DNA of 64,000 nucleotides from Bacteroidales bacterium (GTDB lineage Bacteria; Bacteroidota; Bacteroidia; Bacteroidales; UBA1715). The notes below the pieces were generated by a model. The model ran no database searches. It was given only the letters and a program-made list of their open reading frames with translations, and had not been told where the DNA came from. How positions within the stretch are numbered: position 1 is the stretch's first letter; every line of letters starts with the position of its first letter. Position numbers and translations under genes: made by a program. The stretch covers positions 475 to 64,474 of the forward strand of contig JAGCOW010000060.1 in assembly GCA_017642535.1 (NCBI GenBank), written 5' to 3'. This document shows, piece after piece, positions 30,201 through 37,825 of this stretch.

Positions 30201-32319
30201 CATTTCCCTGTGATTCCGTATAACTTATATTCAATGTTGTTGTTCCTTTAGAACCAAACTTTGTATTGACAAACCCCTTCATATTTCCCACACGACTATC
30301 TGCCCACGATTTCATACCTCCTGCACCATACCCCCAAGAATCACCACCGTTCAGAGTACAAGTCCATTCGTCCATCAAAGCCGAACGTTCCGCCGACAAT
30401 TGATTTTCAATATTATTAACAATAGATTTAAATATTGAAGAATCATACACGGTTGCCATCATCGCATAGAAACGTTGTACGAATTCCGCTTTAAACTCTT
30501 CGTTTTCAAGCATATAATTCAATAATGCAACTGACGTTTTTTTCTTATAGCTTGTTTTGTCAAAATTATCCCAAGGATTTGTGTTGGCATCACCACCCCA
30601 CAGACCATAACCAAAATCCGTATCATACCAAGGGAAACGGAATTTACCATTTTCACTACGAGGTCTCCACAATCTCATATTGTTTGTCGGCCAATCGGTA
30701 TTTTGGCAGAAAAACTGAGCGATGTAGTAATTTATCATATTATCAACATCAATATAATGTGACTTAACATATTGATAATTTGCATCAACGCTCATTGAAT
30801 TATTCTCCAAATATATCATTAATTCGGCAAGTCTCTTAGTATCACCTTTTTGTGCACGGAAGTTGTACAAACTATCATTACAATATTTCAACAAATCTAT
30901 ATCATCCGCATAATCGTAATACCCTGCAAAATAATCTTCACCAAAGCGCTCACGCATATTTATCAATCCCCAATACTCACCATTCAAATACATTACAACT
31001 GGCTGAAAATCTTGGGTTTCCAAATCTATCTTTCCTCTCAACACTTGTTGTATGGCAGCATCTCGATACTTACTTCCTTGTTCCCAGTCATTTCCTGCGT
31101 TACGTAACACAAACGATTTATATGAATCCAAACCGTCATCTCCAAACAATGGATATGCCATCTGACCATCTTCGTATTTTTTCTTCATCACGATATTTAG
31201 AGATTTCATATCGTAATTTCGCGACACAGCACCCATGGTACTTGCACCCGCTGACACTCCAAACTGACGATTCCCTTGTTGGTCAAAATATTCCACAAAA
31301 ACCTTGCGTTCCCAATCTTGACGCCAGTTTGCCGTTACATAACCATCATACAATCCATTAACCCCCTGAATGTAAATTCCAGTGTCTTTATTGAAGAAAT
31401 TATCAAAATCCGTTGATATTGCTACAACAGGCAAAGAACGAGTATTTATATTTATAAAATAGGTATTCGCCTCGGTAAGACTCGGGACATAATCATCATG
31501 AAACACTTTTGCCTTTATGACAAATCCATAATCTCGAGTTCCCGTATATTTTGACGACGGATAATCCAATGTCGAAGGATAAGCATAATGTTGGACACCT
31601 GTTTTATTTTCTCGATTATGACCATATTTCTGTGTTGTCTTGGTTGTCTTTTTAGCAGTTATCGGGCCACTATAAATAGGAGAATTTTCGGTTGGTTCTG
31701 AACCATCGGTCGTGTAACGAATAACACCACCATTCAATGTCGTTGACAATGAGACTGTCTGTTCCTTGTTGAAATAGCCACCCTTTATTGAGAACACTGG
31801 TTTTGGAGCCAAACCTTTCACTGTGGTTGAAACATTCTTCGCTCCTGGAGTCGGTTTCGACAATGGTGCCCACGAGCCCGTTCCGTCTGTCAAACGGCCA
31901 TAGGTGTAATCCGCCTCAATAGGTTTGATATTCACCGAATCCAAAAGCAACATCGAAGATGAATACATATATAATACGTCGTCACCACTGGTTGACAATT
32001 TGAAATTTGTGTGCATGGCAGCACCCGTCACATCCTCGCCATCGCAATACACAACAAGGTATTTACCCGCACCAATAGACTGACCATTCGGCACTTGCCA
32101 TTTACGTGGCTTGTCCTTGTTATCGGTAAGATAATAGCCACTAATATCTACTGCTGATGACGATGTGTTATACAACTCAATCCAGTCTTTGTACTTAAAG
32201 AAATCTGGATCCATTTGTGTTTTTGAATTCGAGGTCTGAACCTCGTTGAACTTTACTTGTCCATAGCCCGAAGTCAAGATTCCACAAAGGAATACGAACT
32301 GGAAAAGAACTCTTCTCAT
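21253..32319 (-). CDS. giant (3,688 aa) secreted cell-surface protein: signal peptide, 4 lamin-tail (LTD) domains, CotH domain, cadherin-like beta-sandwich modules, ~18 Big_2 Ig-like repeats, T9SS C-terminal sorting domain
   Basis: Single uninterrupted ORF. Signal peptide MRRVLFQFVFLCGILTSGYGQ. LTD signatures (WIELYN/WIEIYN/WFEIYN/YIEFYN...DLxGxxLxD). CotH signature (VVMYLNGEYWGLINMRERF, ~30280-31440). Repeated ...VTWSSSD..VATV...G.VTA...G.A.ITAT units. G5 linker (~21525-21540) followed by a Por_Secre_tail-like end (TAYPNPTTGLFTISF...MYYVVVTINGKQSMLQVLLK). Confidence 0.9.
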   Translation of the reverse strand: MRRVLFQFVFLCGILTSGYGQVKFNEVQTSNSKTQMDPDFFKYKDWIELYNTSSSAVDISGYYLTDNKDKPRKWQVPNGQSIGAGKYLVVYCDGEDVTGAAMHTNFKLSTSGDDVLYMYSSSMLLLDSVNIKPIEADYTYGRLTDGTGSWAPLSKPTPGAKNVSTTVKGLAPKPVFSIKGGYFNKEQTVSLSTTLNGGVIRYTTDGSEPTENSPIYSGPITAKKTTKTTQKYGHNRENKTGVQHYAYPSTLDYPSSKYTGTRDYGFVIKAKVFHDDYVPSLTEANTYFININTRSLPVVAISTDFDNFFNKDTGIYIQGVNGLYDGYVTANWRQDWERKVFVEYFDQQGNRQFGVSAGASTMGAVSRNYDMKSLNIVMKKKYEDGQMAYPLFGDDGLDSYKSFVLRNAGNDWEQGSKYRDAAIQQVLRGKIDLETQDFQPVVMYLNGEYWGLINMRERFGEDYFAGYYDYADDIDLLKYCNDSLYNFRAQKGDTKRLAELMIYLENNSMSVDANYQYVKSHYIDVDNMINYYIAQFFCQNTDWPTNNMRLWRPRSENGKFRFPWYDTDFGYGLWGGDANTNPWDNFDKTSYKKKTSVALLNYMLENEEFKAEFVQRFYAMMATVYDSSIFKSIVNNIENQLSAERSALMDEWTCTLNGGDSWGYGAGGMKSWADSRVGNMKGFVNTKFGSKGTTTLNISYTESQGNVYVCSIPVPSNYSAAHQKERPIRLTAEPKNGYQFSAWKNGNTTLSTDPEYFVTITNNTSITAVFSNRSTEKNLYINEFLTSNSTDILSDNNKTEDWIEIYNGGNSAVDLAGLYLSDDSTNLEMYKIPYGAMEETTIPAGGYVLFWADNESQDGALHLPFKLDRSSGVIILSQKNSAGSMTVLDKIRYSQQNTDVSYGRYPDGSSNMIIFTKTTPRATNTIMSETYVDGLVINEFMSKNSSTVREETGSYADWFEIYNTTNKDIDLGGLFVTNDLNNLNKYMIPKGEPTKTTIKAGGYYIFWCDKQTAINPNHVDFKLPAEKGDIAIVQLRGSENYVIDQISYSNQGENISYGRYPNESSTFRYLLTPTPNAKNANTATVHEVSGITINEVLAVNTSIVADETGAYSDYIEFYNGTSSAIDLGGLFISDSLNYSLRYRIPTTNSALTTVQAGKWITFWADGKPELGANHLDFSLNGTTGEDVVLSQITADGELVVIDNVSFGVQTENVSYGRYPEMADNWEEMSPTYKQKNQSVNSSVALKTLTASIGEITPTVSTSVLMYECVLPAGTTQVPTISATTVHERASVTVTQAQSLSDQATVKVISANGYNSETYMVSFKIAASSDATLATLELGGGELSPAFSPTVYNYVARLYTTYVPYITAIATDPNAMVDIDYAQTVAEATVITVTAENGSTKQYEITYAAASSQNIVTEWSDDFTTGIGNVSTNNEIHKVSWETITTTSGMGPGMVTTTEYKLGVALDQKGTEQSYGYVEYHLPTGYVLDGSSALNVSLDIVGVANGKTLNGVTVDNEYFPFNVALVDVYGNVSNYITPSETISSSTTGTITLNFSTASYITKTAIVAVRFGLYGPDDTKKPRKKAAYIDNLVIGPRVATGSQTVVTLSDNAELQSISLNNGLSLSFDQNIHSYTVTLPAGMETIPTVSAVAADDAAYLEVTQASSLDGKAYVKVISQDLSTVNEYEIQYVVTPSVVDGYTDYVIRPAVKGWSESSDLYTLNYNGGDMQVLYNRTSAASDAITYNLVDEDYKILDLSSNPYASVTLKTTVATSLYVELFDANGNTTATSVAAEQCSAGHEYTTYTFDFTGKFGTANSSEIYGMKFYFDKGSSASASGTITIDEIRFGKDVEITINAAPVWAVIPAQTIQQGGSFTNINLTNFATDDATESSALTYELVNPSEYLNVTITSGVLSVSVKDDEWIGSDIVKVRATDSEGASSIVSITFAVEELKVPLTAVSFSQSKVYVSEGATINLASYLSLSPSNATIESYDWSVSDVQSATVNGVGVLTNKLAYGTEDVTITVVVTDKSGNEYTKTIEATLTGCPTEVALVSTNANLSLFYGEKVQVMYSLTPSNACVKSVTYSSSDKSVATVSEVGEVTALTTKGYSDITISVNDGFSVKTAVCRVNVSKDCSGDITLSLNKSSLALVKGQYEQLIATITPNDECTEDNVVTWTSSNTQVATVSNGIVNAMGVGSATITATTTGNGVTLATCTVNVSSDCNSGAVDVVISETEKTIYKTSSFTLTAAITTDNPCDEEILWSSSDETVATVEDGQITPLKYGTTVIRATANQDVNSYAECVLTVAEKVVTDVVVTPQAKMMYVGTTQTMTAEITPQDAENKKITWSSSDETIATVSDKGVVTALASGNVTITATAASSVSGSYTIQISDKYLTDIILSTEDVTLTVGGEQQITVDFVPEDATKRDLTWSSSDESKVTVSENGLIMAVAEGTATILVETYNHITKVITVNVESDVVAVESINVTPASLSMEIGETHILTAEVLPDNATNKNVTWASSDPTKITVSTTGVVTAVGQGDAVITASSGNVTKEVNVTVAYKSISSASFSQESVSLAINQSADLSKLLVLNPTAVTTQSIVWSVSGSDASIDADGELTNNLMYGTKTVTVTAEVTDMYGTKKTATIPVVLTGCSTKITSISVDNESIEITKTGSAQINVTTTPSNACIEYTLFESSNTAYATVSRTGKITPVAEGNTTITVTVSDGYSTFQKIVNLKIIKDIVPVSSVEFTQSSVVKYIGDKFQIAATVLPDDASNTELTWTTSNRSIATVENGYVTILAAGTVTITATAHNGVAASCVITAKPVDVSSIVLSESNLSMRVYGTEQLYATVYPDNATDKTIVWASSNESIATVDANGVVTAKKAGTTQITATSANAITEKCILTVQDIEPTSITLSTTSCTLEIDETLEITTTLTPSNVTDTVLTWSSKDESVATVNNGVIKGISAGSTLIEVETGNGLTKTVSVKVNPMLATSISLNTTNATLLTNEQQQLVATVLPEKTTNKSVTWSSSDASIVSVDVYGKITAKSVGDAVITAVTSNGIAATCNVKVTLNVVTVSNVSIEPASLTMHIGEMSSLEPTITPSNATNKSLVWSSSLISVASVDQYGTVTANGIGTATITATSANGKYGSCMVEVKEIEVESVSISDVSLAVGESQTLSALITPNNVTNKTITWSVVNESVATINTNTGKITGIAEGTTKVTATAANGKKATANVTVQATAIPVQMIYPNGSVVYVNIGEPVDLAPQIIFYPANATNKSLKWTITRTSATYGDAVVATMENDILTGVAAGSVVLSVASVSSPSVTTTLSVVVNPIYATRLSLNYSTMEMLVDEQKQLRATIEPSNASCKTVTWQSNNTDVAYVSSTGTITARAEGVATITATVNDNSGTSATCVVTVVKTSITEIIPSETSLTLTPGQIKTLSFTYEPADADPPTYTLTSSNSNVISIINGRIVAVGTGQALVTVTATGGAMVTIPCSVVEQNEPPVLEKKIPDQTITTGETFTNINLASYFSDDNTSNLRWQIDAGGDNISIMTNSSGLATISVVNPNWTGSQIITVYAIDDAGDRTSAQFVLTVNSQGGGGGGVAISDVAVQTMTAYPNPTTGLFTISFETNTEETCSIAIYSESGRLVYKSTESAAGTFTKEIDLTGNVKGMYYVVVTINGKQSMLQVLLK
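21850..26470 (-). repeat. coding tandem array of about 18 divergent Big_2 (bacterial Ig-like group 2) modules inside the giant gene
   Basis: The periodic protein-level signature is counted by eye. The DNA copies are divergent, with no long identical repeats noticed. Boundaries are approximate. Confidence 0.7.
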
Positions 32320-32422
32320 ATTATTAAAACCTTTCTTTTTAAGACATCTTTACTACTTAAAAACCCTATGTGATTTTTCTTTTTTTATATTACAAGAATG
32401 TGCACTCATAGATTTAAGTTCA

Positions 32423-32430
32423 CAAAAATA
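32423..32430 (-). promoter_or_regulatory. candidate -7 box for the giant gene (TAnnTTTG on minus strand)
   Basis: Plus-strand CAAAAATA is TATTTTTG on the minus strand, ~100 nt upstream of the ATG at 32319. Confidence 0.35.
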
Positions 32431-32524
32431 AAAAAAACATTAATAGTTTTTTCAAAAAAATCGACAAAATCACTCAAATGAAAAAAATAAAATTCTATCT
32501 GTTTTATTGTTCTAAAATTCTTTG

Positions 32525-32532
32525 TATATTTG
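32525..32532 (+). promoter_or_regulatory. Bacteroidota-type -7 box (TAnnTTTG) for the GH5 operon
   Basis: TATATTTG lies 60 nt upstream of the ATG at 32592. Confidence 0.5.
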
Positions 32533-32591
32533 CTCTATGTCTATGACATTTTGAAAAAAAAACTGTAGTAAAAATTTAAAATCATAAAAAT

Positions 32592-35024
32592 ATGCAACTA
32601 AAAAATCTCTTTGTTTCAATCGTCCTAAGTGTATTTATGACACTCTCGGCATTTGCACAAGACATTACCACAAATTTCATAAATCATAAAGGACAGGATT
32701 TATTTCTCAGCGGAATAAACGTTGCTTGGATAAACTACGGAAACGACTTGACTGGTTTTGACAAACAGAAATGGACAACCTTGTGCGAAGAGGTATCTGA
32801 AGCAGGAGGAAACTCCCTTCGCTGGTGGATTCACGTTGATGGGCGAAGCACTCCAACCTACGATCCTACCACACTCCTTGTGACAGGAATGCCTGAATCG
32901 GCTTTGAACAATCTAGAGCTTGCACTCGACATTGCCGCCGAACACGGTTTGGTCGTTAGTCTTTGTCTATGGGCTCACGGAATGCTTGCATATACCGATT
33001 CCGGCGATCAAAGTTCTGCTGTTGGAAACGCCCGTCGTGCAAAAAACAAAAAAATATTGACCGAAGAGGAAGGAACAATGGCATACATTAATAATGCCCT
33101 AATTCCTATGGTAAACAAAGTGAAAAATCATACGGCCATTCTTTGCTGGGAAATCTTTAACGAACCCGAAGGTATGACCAACGTTGCCAATTGGAGCGAA
33201 TACGAACATATTGACATTTCGTACATTCAAAAATTTGTAAATCTCTGCGCCGGAGCCATTCACAGAGCCGATCCAAATGCCAAAGTTTCTAATGGTAGTT
33301 GGGCTGCACCTGCATTAATCGGCAACAAAGATGGCAACAACTATTACACCAATGAAAAATTGATTGCACAAGGTGGCGACGAAGATGGTTATCTTGATTT
33401 TTATATGTTTCACTATTATCCAACAAATCATGGTAAAGCATATTCTCCATTCCATCAAACATTCGAATACTTTGAAGGATATGGCGTAGATAAGAAATTA
33501 ATCATTGGCGAATTTCCTGCTCGCGGTATCTTAAAATCGGCGGGATGGCTTTTGCCTAACACTGCTCAAAAGACTACCGAACAAGCTATGCTTTGGTTAT
33601 ATCAAAACGGATACTCTGGCGGTTGGGGATGGACATACAGCAACCACGACGGAAATGGCGGTTTGGACGATATGAAAGACGCCATGGCAAAATTGAAAAC
33701 TATGTATCCTGAACATATTATTATTCAACACGACAAAAATTTCAACTACATTCCTCACGCAAAAGGTAAAATTCCCGATACGGCTGTTTTCACGAATTCT
33801 GCAAAAATTTCAAAATACGTAAATGTGAACGATTTCTTCGAAGATGACGAAAATGATGTTTTAACCTTCACTTTCACAGCCGATGACCAGATTCTTTCCG
33901 TTGAACTTGACGAAGATGGCTACATCAGCTTCTCACCTGTTGCCACCACGTCGCAATGTGGCACAATAACCATCACGGCAACCGACAAAGGTGGAAAACA
34001 AGCGTCAACAAGTTTCTTCGTACTTGTGAGAAATGACGATTTCAGTTCCGACAACAAATTGCTTAACGCATTTGTTACCTATTCAAGTATGGAGGACGAA
34101 GAATATCTTCCATTCTATGCTAACGACGGTGACGAATCTACTCGTTGGAGTTCTTTGTACAACGATGACGAATTCATTATGTTTGACATGTTCCAAGAAG
34201 AAACGATTCAACGTATCGTACTCAATTGGGAATGGACTGGCGAAAAAGGTGCGTATGCTCAAGCATACAGCATAGCAGTATCAAACGACAAACAAACGTG
34301 GGACACAGTATTTTCTGTAAAAAAAGGACAATCAATCCAAAGTAACATTATTCTTAACAATCCAGTAACGTGTCGTTATTTGAAAATCACCTTTACCGAA
34401 CGTGCGACTATTTGGGGATATTCGCTTACCGAAGTGGAAGCTTACACCGAAATCAATGAAAATCATAACGTTCAAGCTGCTGCAAAAACGCAATTATACC
34501 AAGCATGCTACGCAAACGAGCCGTTCTCATACCAAAAGAATCTTAGAACATTGTTCAAAGATGCCGACAACGACGTATTGACTATCAGCGCAGCTGACAA
34601 TAAGCCAAATTGGTTGCAATTCGACCCTGAATTACTCACACTAACAGGAACACCGCAATTAAGCGACACAGGCGTAGTTATTTTCAATATCATAGCAAAA
34701 GATTATGCTCAAACAAGTGCTTCACGCGAATTCAAAATTAAGGTGCTTCCACCTGACAATGTTTCGATTAGCACAATTGAAAACCCTGTCGTTATCTATC
34801 CGAATCCTTGTGTGATTGATTCCTTCACAATTACAATCTCAAATATAGAAGGAAAAGCATTGGCTTCGTTTACCAACGCAGACGGAAAACTTGCTGCGAT
34901 CAAATACATCACGTTCCAAAACGGTCAGGCAACATGTCTAACCGACGGTCTTACACAAGGCGTGTATGGCATAACTATCCGCGTGAATGGTGAAACGTAT
35001 AAATCTAAAGTCGTAATACAATAA
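32592..35024 (+). CDS. secreted GH5-family glycoside hydrolase (beta-mannanase-like) + Ig/cadherin-like modules + F5/8 type C (discoidin) domain + T9SS C-terminal domain
   Basis: Signal peptide. GH5 landmarks are LSGINVAWINYGNDL, NSLRWWIH, WEIFNEPEG (acid/base Glu), HYYP and IIGEFPA (nucleophile Glu). Discoidin-like YANDGDESTRWSS...YLKITF...EVEAY. CTD VVIYPNPCVIDSFTITIS...YKSKVVIQ. Confidence 0.8.
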   Translation: MQLKNLFVSIVLSVFMTLSAFAQDITTNFINHKGQDLFLSGINVAWINYGNDLTGFDKQKWTTLCEEVSEAGGNSLRWWIHVDGRSTPTYDPTTLLVTGMPESALNNLELALDIAAEHGLVVSLCLWAHGMLAYTDSGDQSSAVGNARRAKNKKILTEEEGTMAYINNALIPMVNKVKNHTAILCWEIFNEPEGMTNVANWSEYEHIDISYIQKFVNLCAGAIHRADPNAKVSNGSWAAPALIGNKDGNNYYTNEKLIAQGGDEDGYLDFYMFHYYPTNHGKAYSPFHQTFEYFEGYGVDKKLIIGEFPARGILKSAGWLLPNTAQKTTEQAMLWLYQNGYSGGWGWTYSNHDGNGGLDDMKDAMAKLKTMYPEHIIIQHDKNFNYIPHAKGKIPDTAVFTNSAKISKYVNVNDFFEDDENDVLTFTFTADDQILSVELDEDGYISFSPVATTSQCGTITITATDKGGKQASTSFFVLVRNDDFSSDNKLLNAFVTYSSMEDEEYLPFYANDGDESTRWSSLYNDDEFIMFDMFQEETIQRIVLNWEWTGEKGAYAQAYSIAVSNDKQTWDTVFSVKKGQSIQSNIILNNPVTCRYLKITFTERATIWGYSLTEVEAYTEINENHNVQAAAKTQLYQACYANEPFSYQKNLRTLFKDADNDVLTISAADNKPNWLQFDPELLTLTGTPQLSDTGVVIFNIIAKDYAQTSASREFKIKVLPPDNVSISTIENPVVIYPNPCVIDSFTITISNIEGKALASFTNADGKLAAIKYITFQNGQATCLTDGLTQGVYGITIRVNGETYKSKVVIQ

Positions 35025-36091
35025 TGAAACGACTTACCATATTAGCACTCTCCGCTATTTTCTGCGGTTCTCTTTTTGCACAGCAAAGAATTTCTATTGT
35101 AGAAAATAAATTTATGTTGCACGACAAGGAATTCTTTCTGATAGGAACCAACACGCCGTGGGACAATTGGAACGATTTCGGAGGAAATTTCAATCCTCAA
35201 TTTTGGGCCGACGAGTTTGCAAAACTTGAAAAAAACGGAATCAATAGTTCCCGTGTGTGGATTAGTTGCGACGCGGCAGGTCAACCGATTGTTGACGGAG
35301 AAGGTGTCACACATCCTGCCACACAACAATTTTGGGATAATCTCGACTACTTGATGGACCTGGCGAAAAAACATAACATTTACGTCATCGCCACCATTTC
35401 GTCATTCGACAATCTTGACGAAACGAAACCTGCCTCAAAAAATTGGATGGCACTGCTGAACTGCACACAAAAACTCCAACAATACTGCGACACGTTCCTC
35501 AAACCTTTGGTGGAACGATACAAGGACAATCCGTACTTTTTTGCAATCGACATCTGCAACGAACCAGAATGGATGCACGAACATAAAAAATACGGCAAAA
35601 TGGAATGGGATTTTATGCAGATGTTTGTAGGAATGTGCGCGGCGGCAATTCACTCCTACAACACGCAAGTGCTTGTAACAGTGGGAAGTGCCTCGGTAAA
35701 ATGGAGTTGTGACAAATTTGAAGGCAACAAGTGGAGCGATGCAATTTTACAGGATATGACGATGAATCCCCTCGCCTATCTCGATTTTTGGCAGATACAT
35801 TATTATGAATGGACAAACCAATTCGGTAATCCGTTCCACGAAACGCCCGAACATTGGGGCTTGGACGACAAGCCGTGCATTATAGGCGAAACGCCAGCAA
35901 ACAATAAAATTTACGGATTTCCAATCACTTACGACGAAATCTATTCGCTCCCCTATTCGCTCGGCTACGACGGCGTGTATCCGTGGACATCGAACGGAGC
36001 AGGAACGGGAGATTTCGGAACACTCAAGAATTTTGGAGATGCCGCAAAAAAAATATCTCAACAAGTAAATAACTCTAAATCAAAGAAATAA
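35024..36091 (+). CDS. GH5-family glycoside hydrolase (beta-mannanase-like), single domain, signal peptide
   Basis: LIGTNTPWDNWNDFG, NSSRVWIS, DICNEPEW, IHYYEW and IIGETPA. The start overlaps the upstream stop (TAATG at 35022-35026). Confidence 0.75.
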   Translation: MKRLTILALSAIFCGSLFAQQRISIVENKFMLHDKEFFLIGTNTPWDNWNDFGGNFNPQFWADEFAKLEKNGINSSRVWISCDAAGQPIVDGEGVTHPATQQFWDNLDYLMDLAKKHNIYVIATISSFDNLDETKPASKNWMALLNCTQKLQQYCDTFLKPLVERYKDNPYFFAIDICNEPEWMHEHKKYGKMEWDFMQMFVGMCAAAIHSYNTQVLVTVGSASVKWSCDKFEGNKWSDAILQDMTMNPLAYLDFWQIHYYEWTNQFGNPFHETPEHWGLDDKPCIIGETPANNKIYGFPITYDEIYSLPYSLGYDGVYPWTSNGAGTGDFGTLKNFGDAAKKISQQVNNSKSKK

Positions 36092-37785
36092 TGGAATTAA
36101 ACGATGGTAAACTTTCTTTCAGAGAAAAATTCTGCTACGGATTCGGTGACTTGGCTTCGTGTCTGTACTGGCAAACATTTATGTTGTACTTCACGTACTT
36201 CTACACCGACATCTTCTTGCTTCCGGCGAGTATTGCAGCCACCATGTTCCTCATCACCCGTATTTTCGATGGTGTGAACGATCCTATTATGGGTATGATT
36301 GCCGACAGAACCGAAACGAAATGGGGAAAATTCCGTCCGTATCTGCTCTGGTTCTGCATTCCGCTTGCCATTGCCGGATTTCTCACATTCACCACGCCAA
36401 ACTTTGGTCTGACGGGGAAAACCATCTGGGCTTACATCACGTTTTTCCTTGTGATGATTATCTACACAATCATCAACATTCCTTATACTTCGTTGCTTGG
36501 CGTGATTTCGCCGAACTCCAACGAACGAACGAGTGTGTCGTCAATCAAGTTCATTTTCGCATTTGCAGCAGGAATCATCATTTCTGCCACATTGTTACCT
36601 GCAACGCAGAAACTTGGCGAAAACAACGAATCAATCATTCGTGCCGAAGTTGTTGACAAAACACTCACCATCCACGAACAAGAATCGCAAGGATTTGCAA
36701 ATATTACACTTGACAATGGTCAAACGACAAAAGTTTTTGACGTAACCATTTTCAATAAAGAAGATAATTACGACAACGACACGCTTTACAGCACGCCTAC
36801 AGGCATGGTTGTAAAACTCAAAGAAGGATTTGGTTCAAAATCTATCGCACTTGATGATATTTTTGCCGAAGAATCACCAATTTCCGTTTCAAAAATATCG
36901 GTTCCTGCCAAAGGTTGGTCGCGGTTTTTTATGATTATTGGCGTGTTTGCCGTGCTATTCTTCTTCATCACATTCAAAGGCACGAAAGAACGTGTTCATC
37001 CGCCAAAGAACGTGGCAAAAAATTCCGTAGGAAAAGATTTGAAAGAACTTTTCACCAACAAACCATGGCTGATTTTGGTATTCGCCACACTTACGTTCAT
37101 TCTCTACACGGCAACGAAAAGTAGCGTGACGGTGCATTATTTCAAGTACATTATTCAAAATCAGACACTTACCGTTCCATTTATGGGCGAACAAACGTAT
37201 GATTACAACACATTGGTATCAATTTACAAAGTAATCGGACAACTTTCATCGCTCATCGGCGTATTGATTGTGAGTTGGTTTGCGACACGATATGGGAAAC
37301 AAAAAGTTTTTGTCATCTCCTTTATCATTTCAATCATTTCGACAGCGGCTGTATTCGTCTTGGACGCAAGCCAATTGTATCTAATCTATTTTTGCCAATT
37401 CTTAGGTTCCGTAACAGGCGGCCCGTTAAGCGTGCTTTTGTGGGCCATGTATGCCGACATTGCCGACTACTCGGAATTGAAGAACGGTCAACGTGCCACA
37501 GGATTGATATTCTCGGCATCAACCATGTCGCAAAAAATCGGTTGGGCAGTGGGAGCATACATTGCACTTACGTTGATGGCATCGGTAGGATTCTCACCAA
37601 ACGAAGTACAGACGGCTGAATCAACACACGGTTTGCTGATGATGTTCACCATCATTCCTGCAATTCTCGGCGTAATTTCCATCATCATTTTCTTCTTCTA
37701 CCCTCTTTCCGACAAGGTAGTTGCCGAAAATGAAAAATTATTGATGGAACGACGGGCTGAGGCGGAAAAAGAAGCTATTGAATAA
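36091..37785 (+). CDS. glycoside-pentoside-hexuronide (GPH)/MFS sugar:cation symporter with an enlarged central loop
   Basis: GPH N-terminal signature (YGFGDLASCLYWQ...ITRIFDGVNDPIMGMIADRT.TKWGKFRPYL) and 12 predicted TM segments. TAATG overlap with the upstream gene (36089-36093). Confidence 0.8.
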   Translation: MELNDGKLSFREKFCYGFGDLASCLYWQTFMLYFTYFYTDIFLLPASIAATMFLITRIFDGVNDPIMGMIADRTETKWGKFRPYLLWFCIPLAIAGFLTFTTPNFGLTGKTIWAYITFFLVMIIYTIINIPYTSLLGVISPNSNERTSVSSIKFIFAFAAGIIISATLLPATQKLGENNESIIRAEVVDKTLTIHEQESQGFANITLDNGQTTKVFDVTIFNKEDNYDNDTLYSTPTGMVVKLKEGFGSKSIALDDIFAEESPISVSKISVPAKGWSRFFMIIGVFAVLFFFITFKGTKERVHPPKNVAKNSVGKDLKELFTNKPWLILVFATLTFILYTATKSSVTVHYFKYIIQNQTLTVPFMGEQTYDYNTLVSIYKVIGQLSSLIGVLIVSWFATRYGKQKVFVISFIISIISTAAVFVLDASQLYLIYFCQFLGSVTGGPLSVLLWAMYADIADYSELKNGQRATGLIFSASTMSQKIGWAVGAYIALTLMASVGFSPNEVQTAESTHGLLMMFTIIPAILGVISIIIFFFYPLSDKVVAENEKLLMERRAEAEKEAIE

Positions 37786-37794
37786 AATTTGTAA

Positions 37795-37813
37795 GGACAC
37801 ATTCAATGTGTCC
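37795..37813 (+). terminator. GC-rich hairpin just after the GPH gene
   Basis: GGACACAT-TCA-ATGTGTCC, an 8-bp stem beginning 10 nt after the stop. There is no strong T-run, so terminator function is uncertain. Confidence 0.4.
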
Positions 37814-37825
37814 CGAATGAATTCG

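Noticed and set aside
32320-32591. I considered an invertible promoter between the divergent giant gene and the GH5 operon, based on GTGATTTT (near 32370-32377) and AAAATCAC (near 32467-32474).
   Set aside because: The inverted repeat is only 8 bp, it is AT-rich, and no recombinase is nearby. Fixed TAnnTTTG boxes face each gene, which is consistent with an ordinary divergent promoter region.
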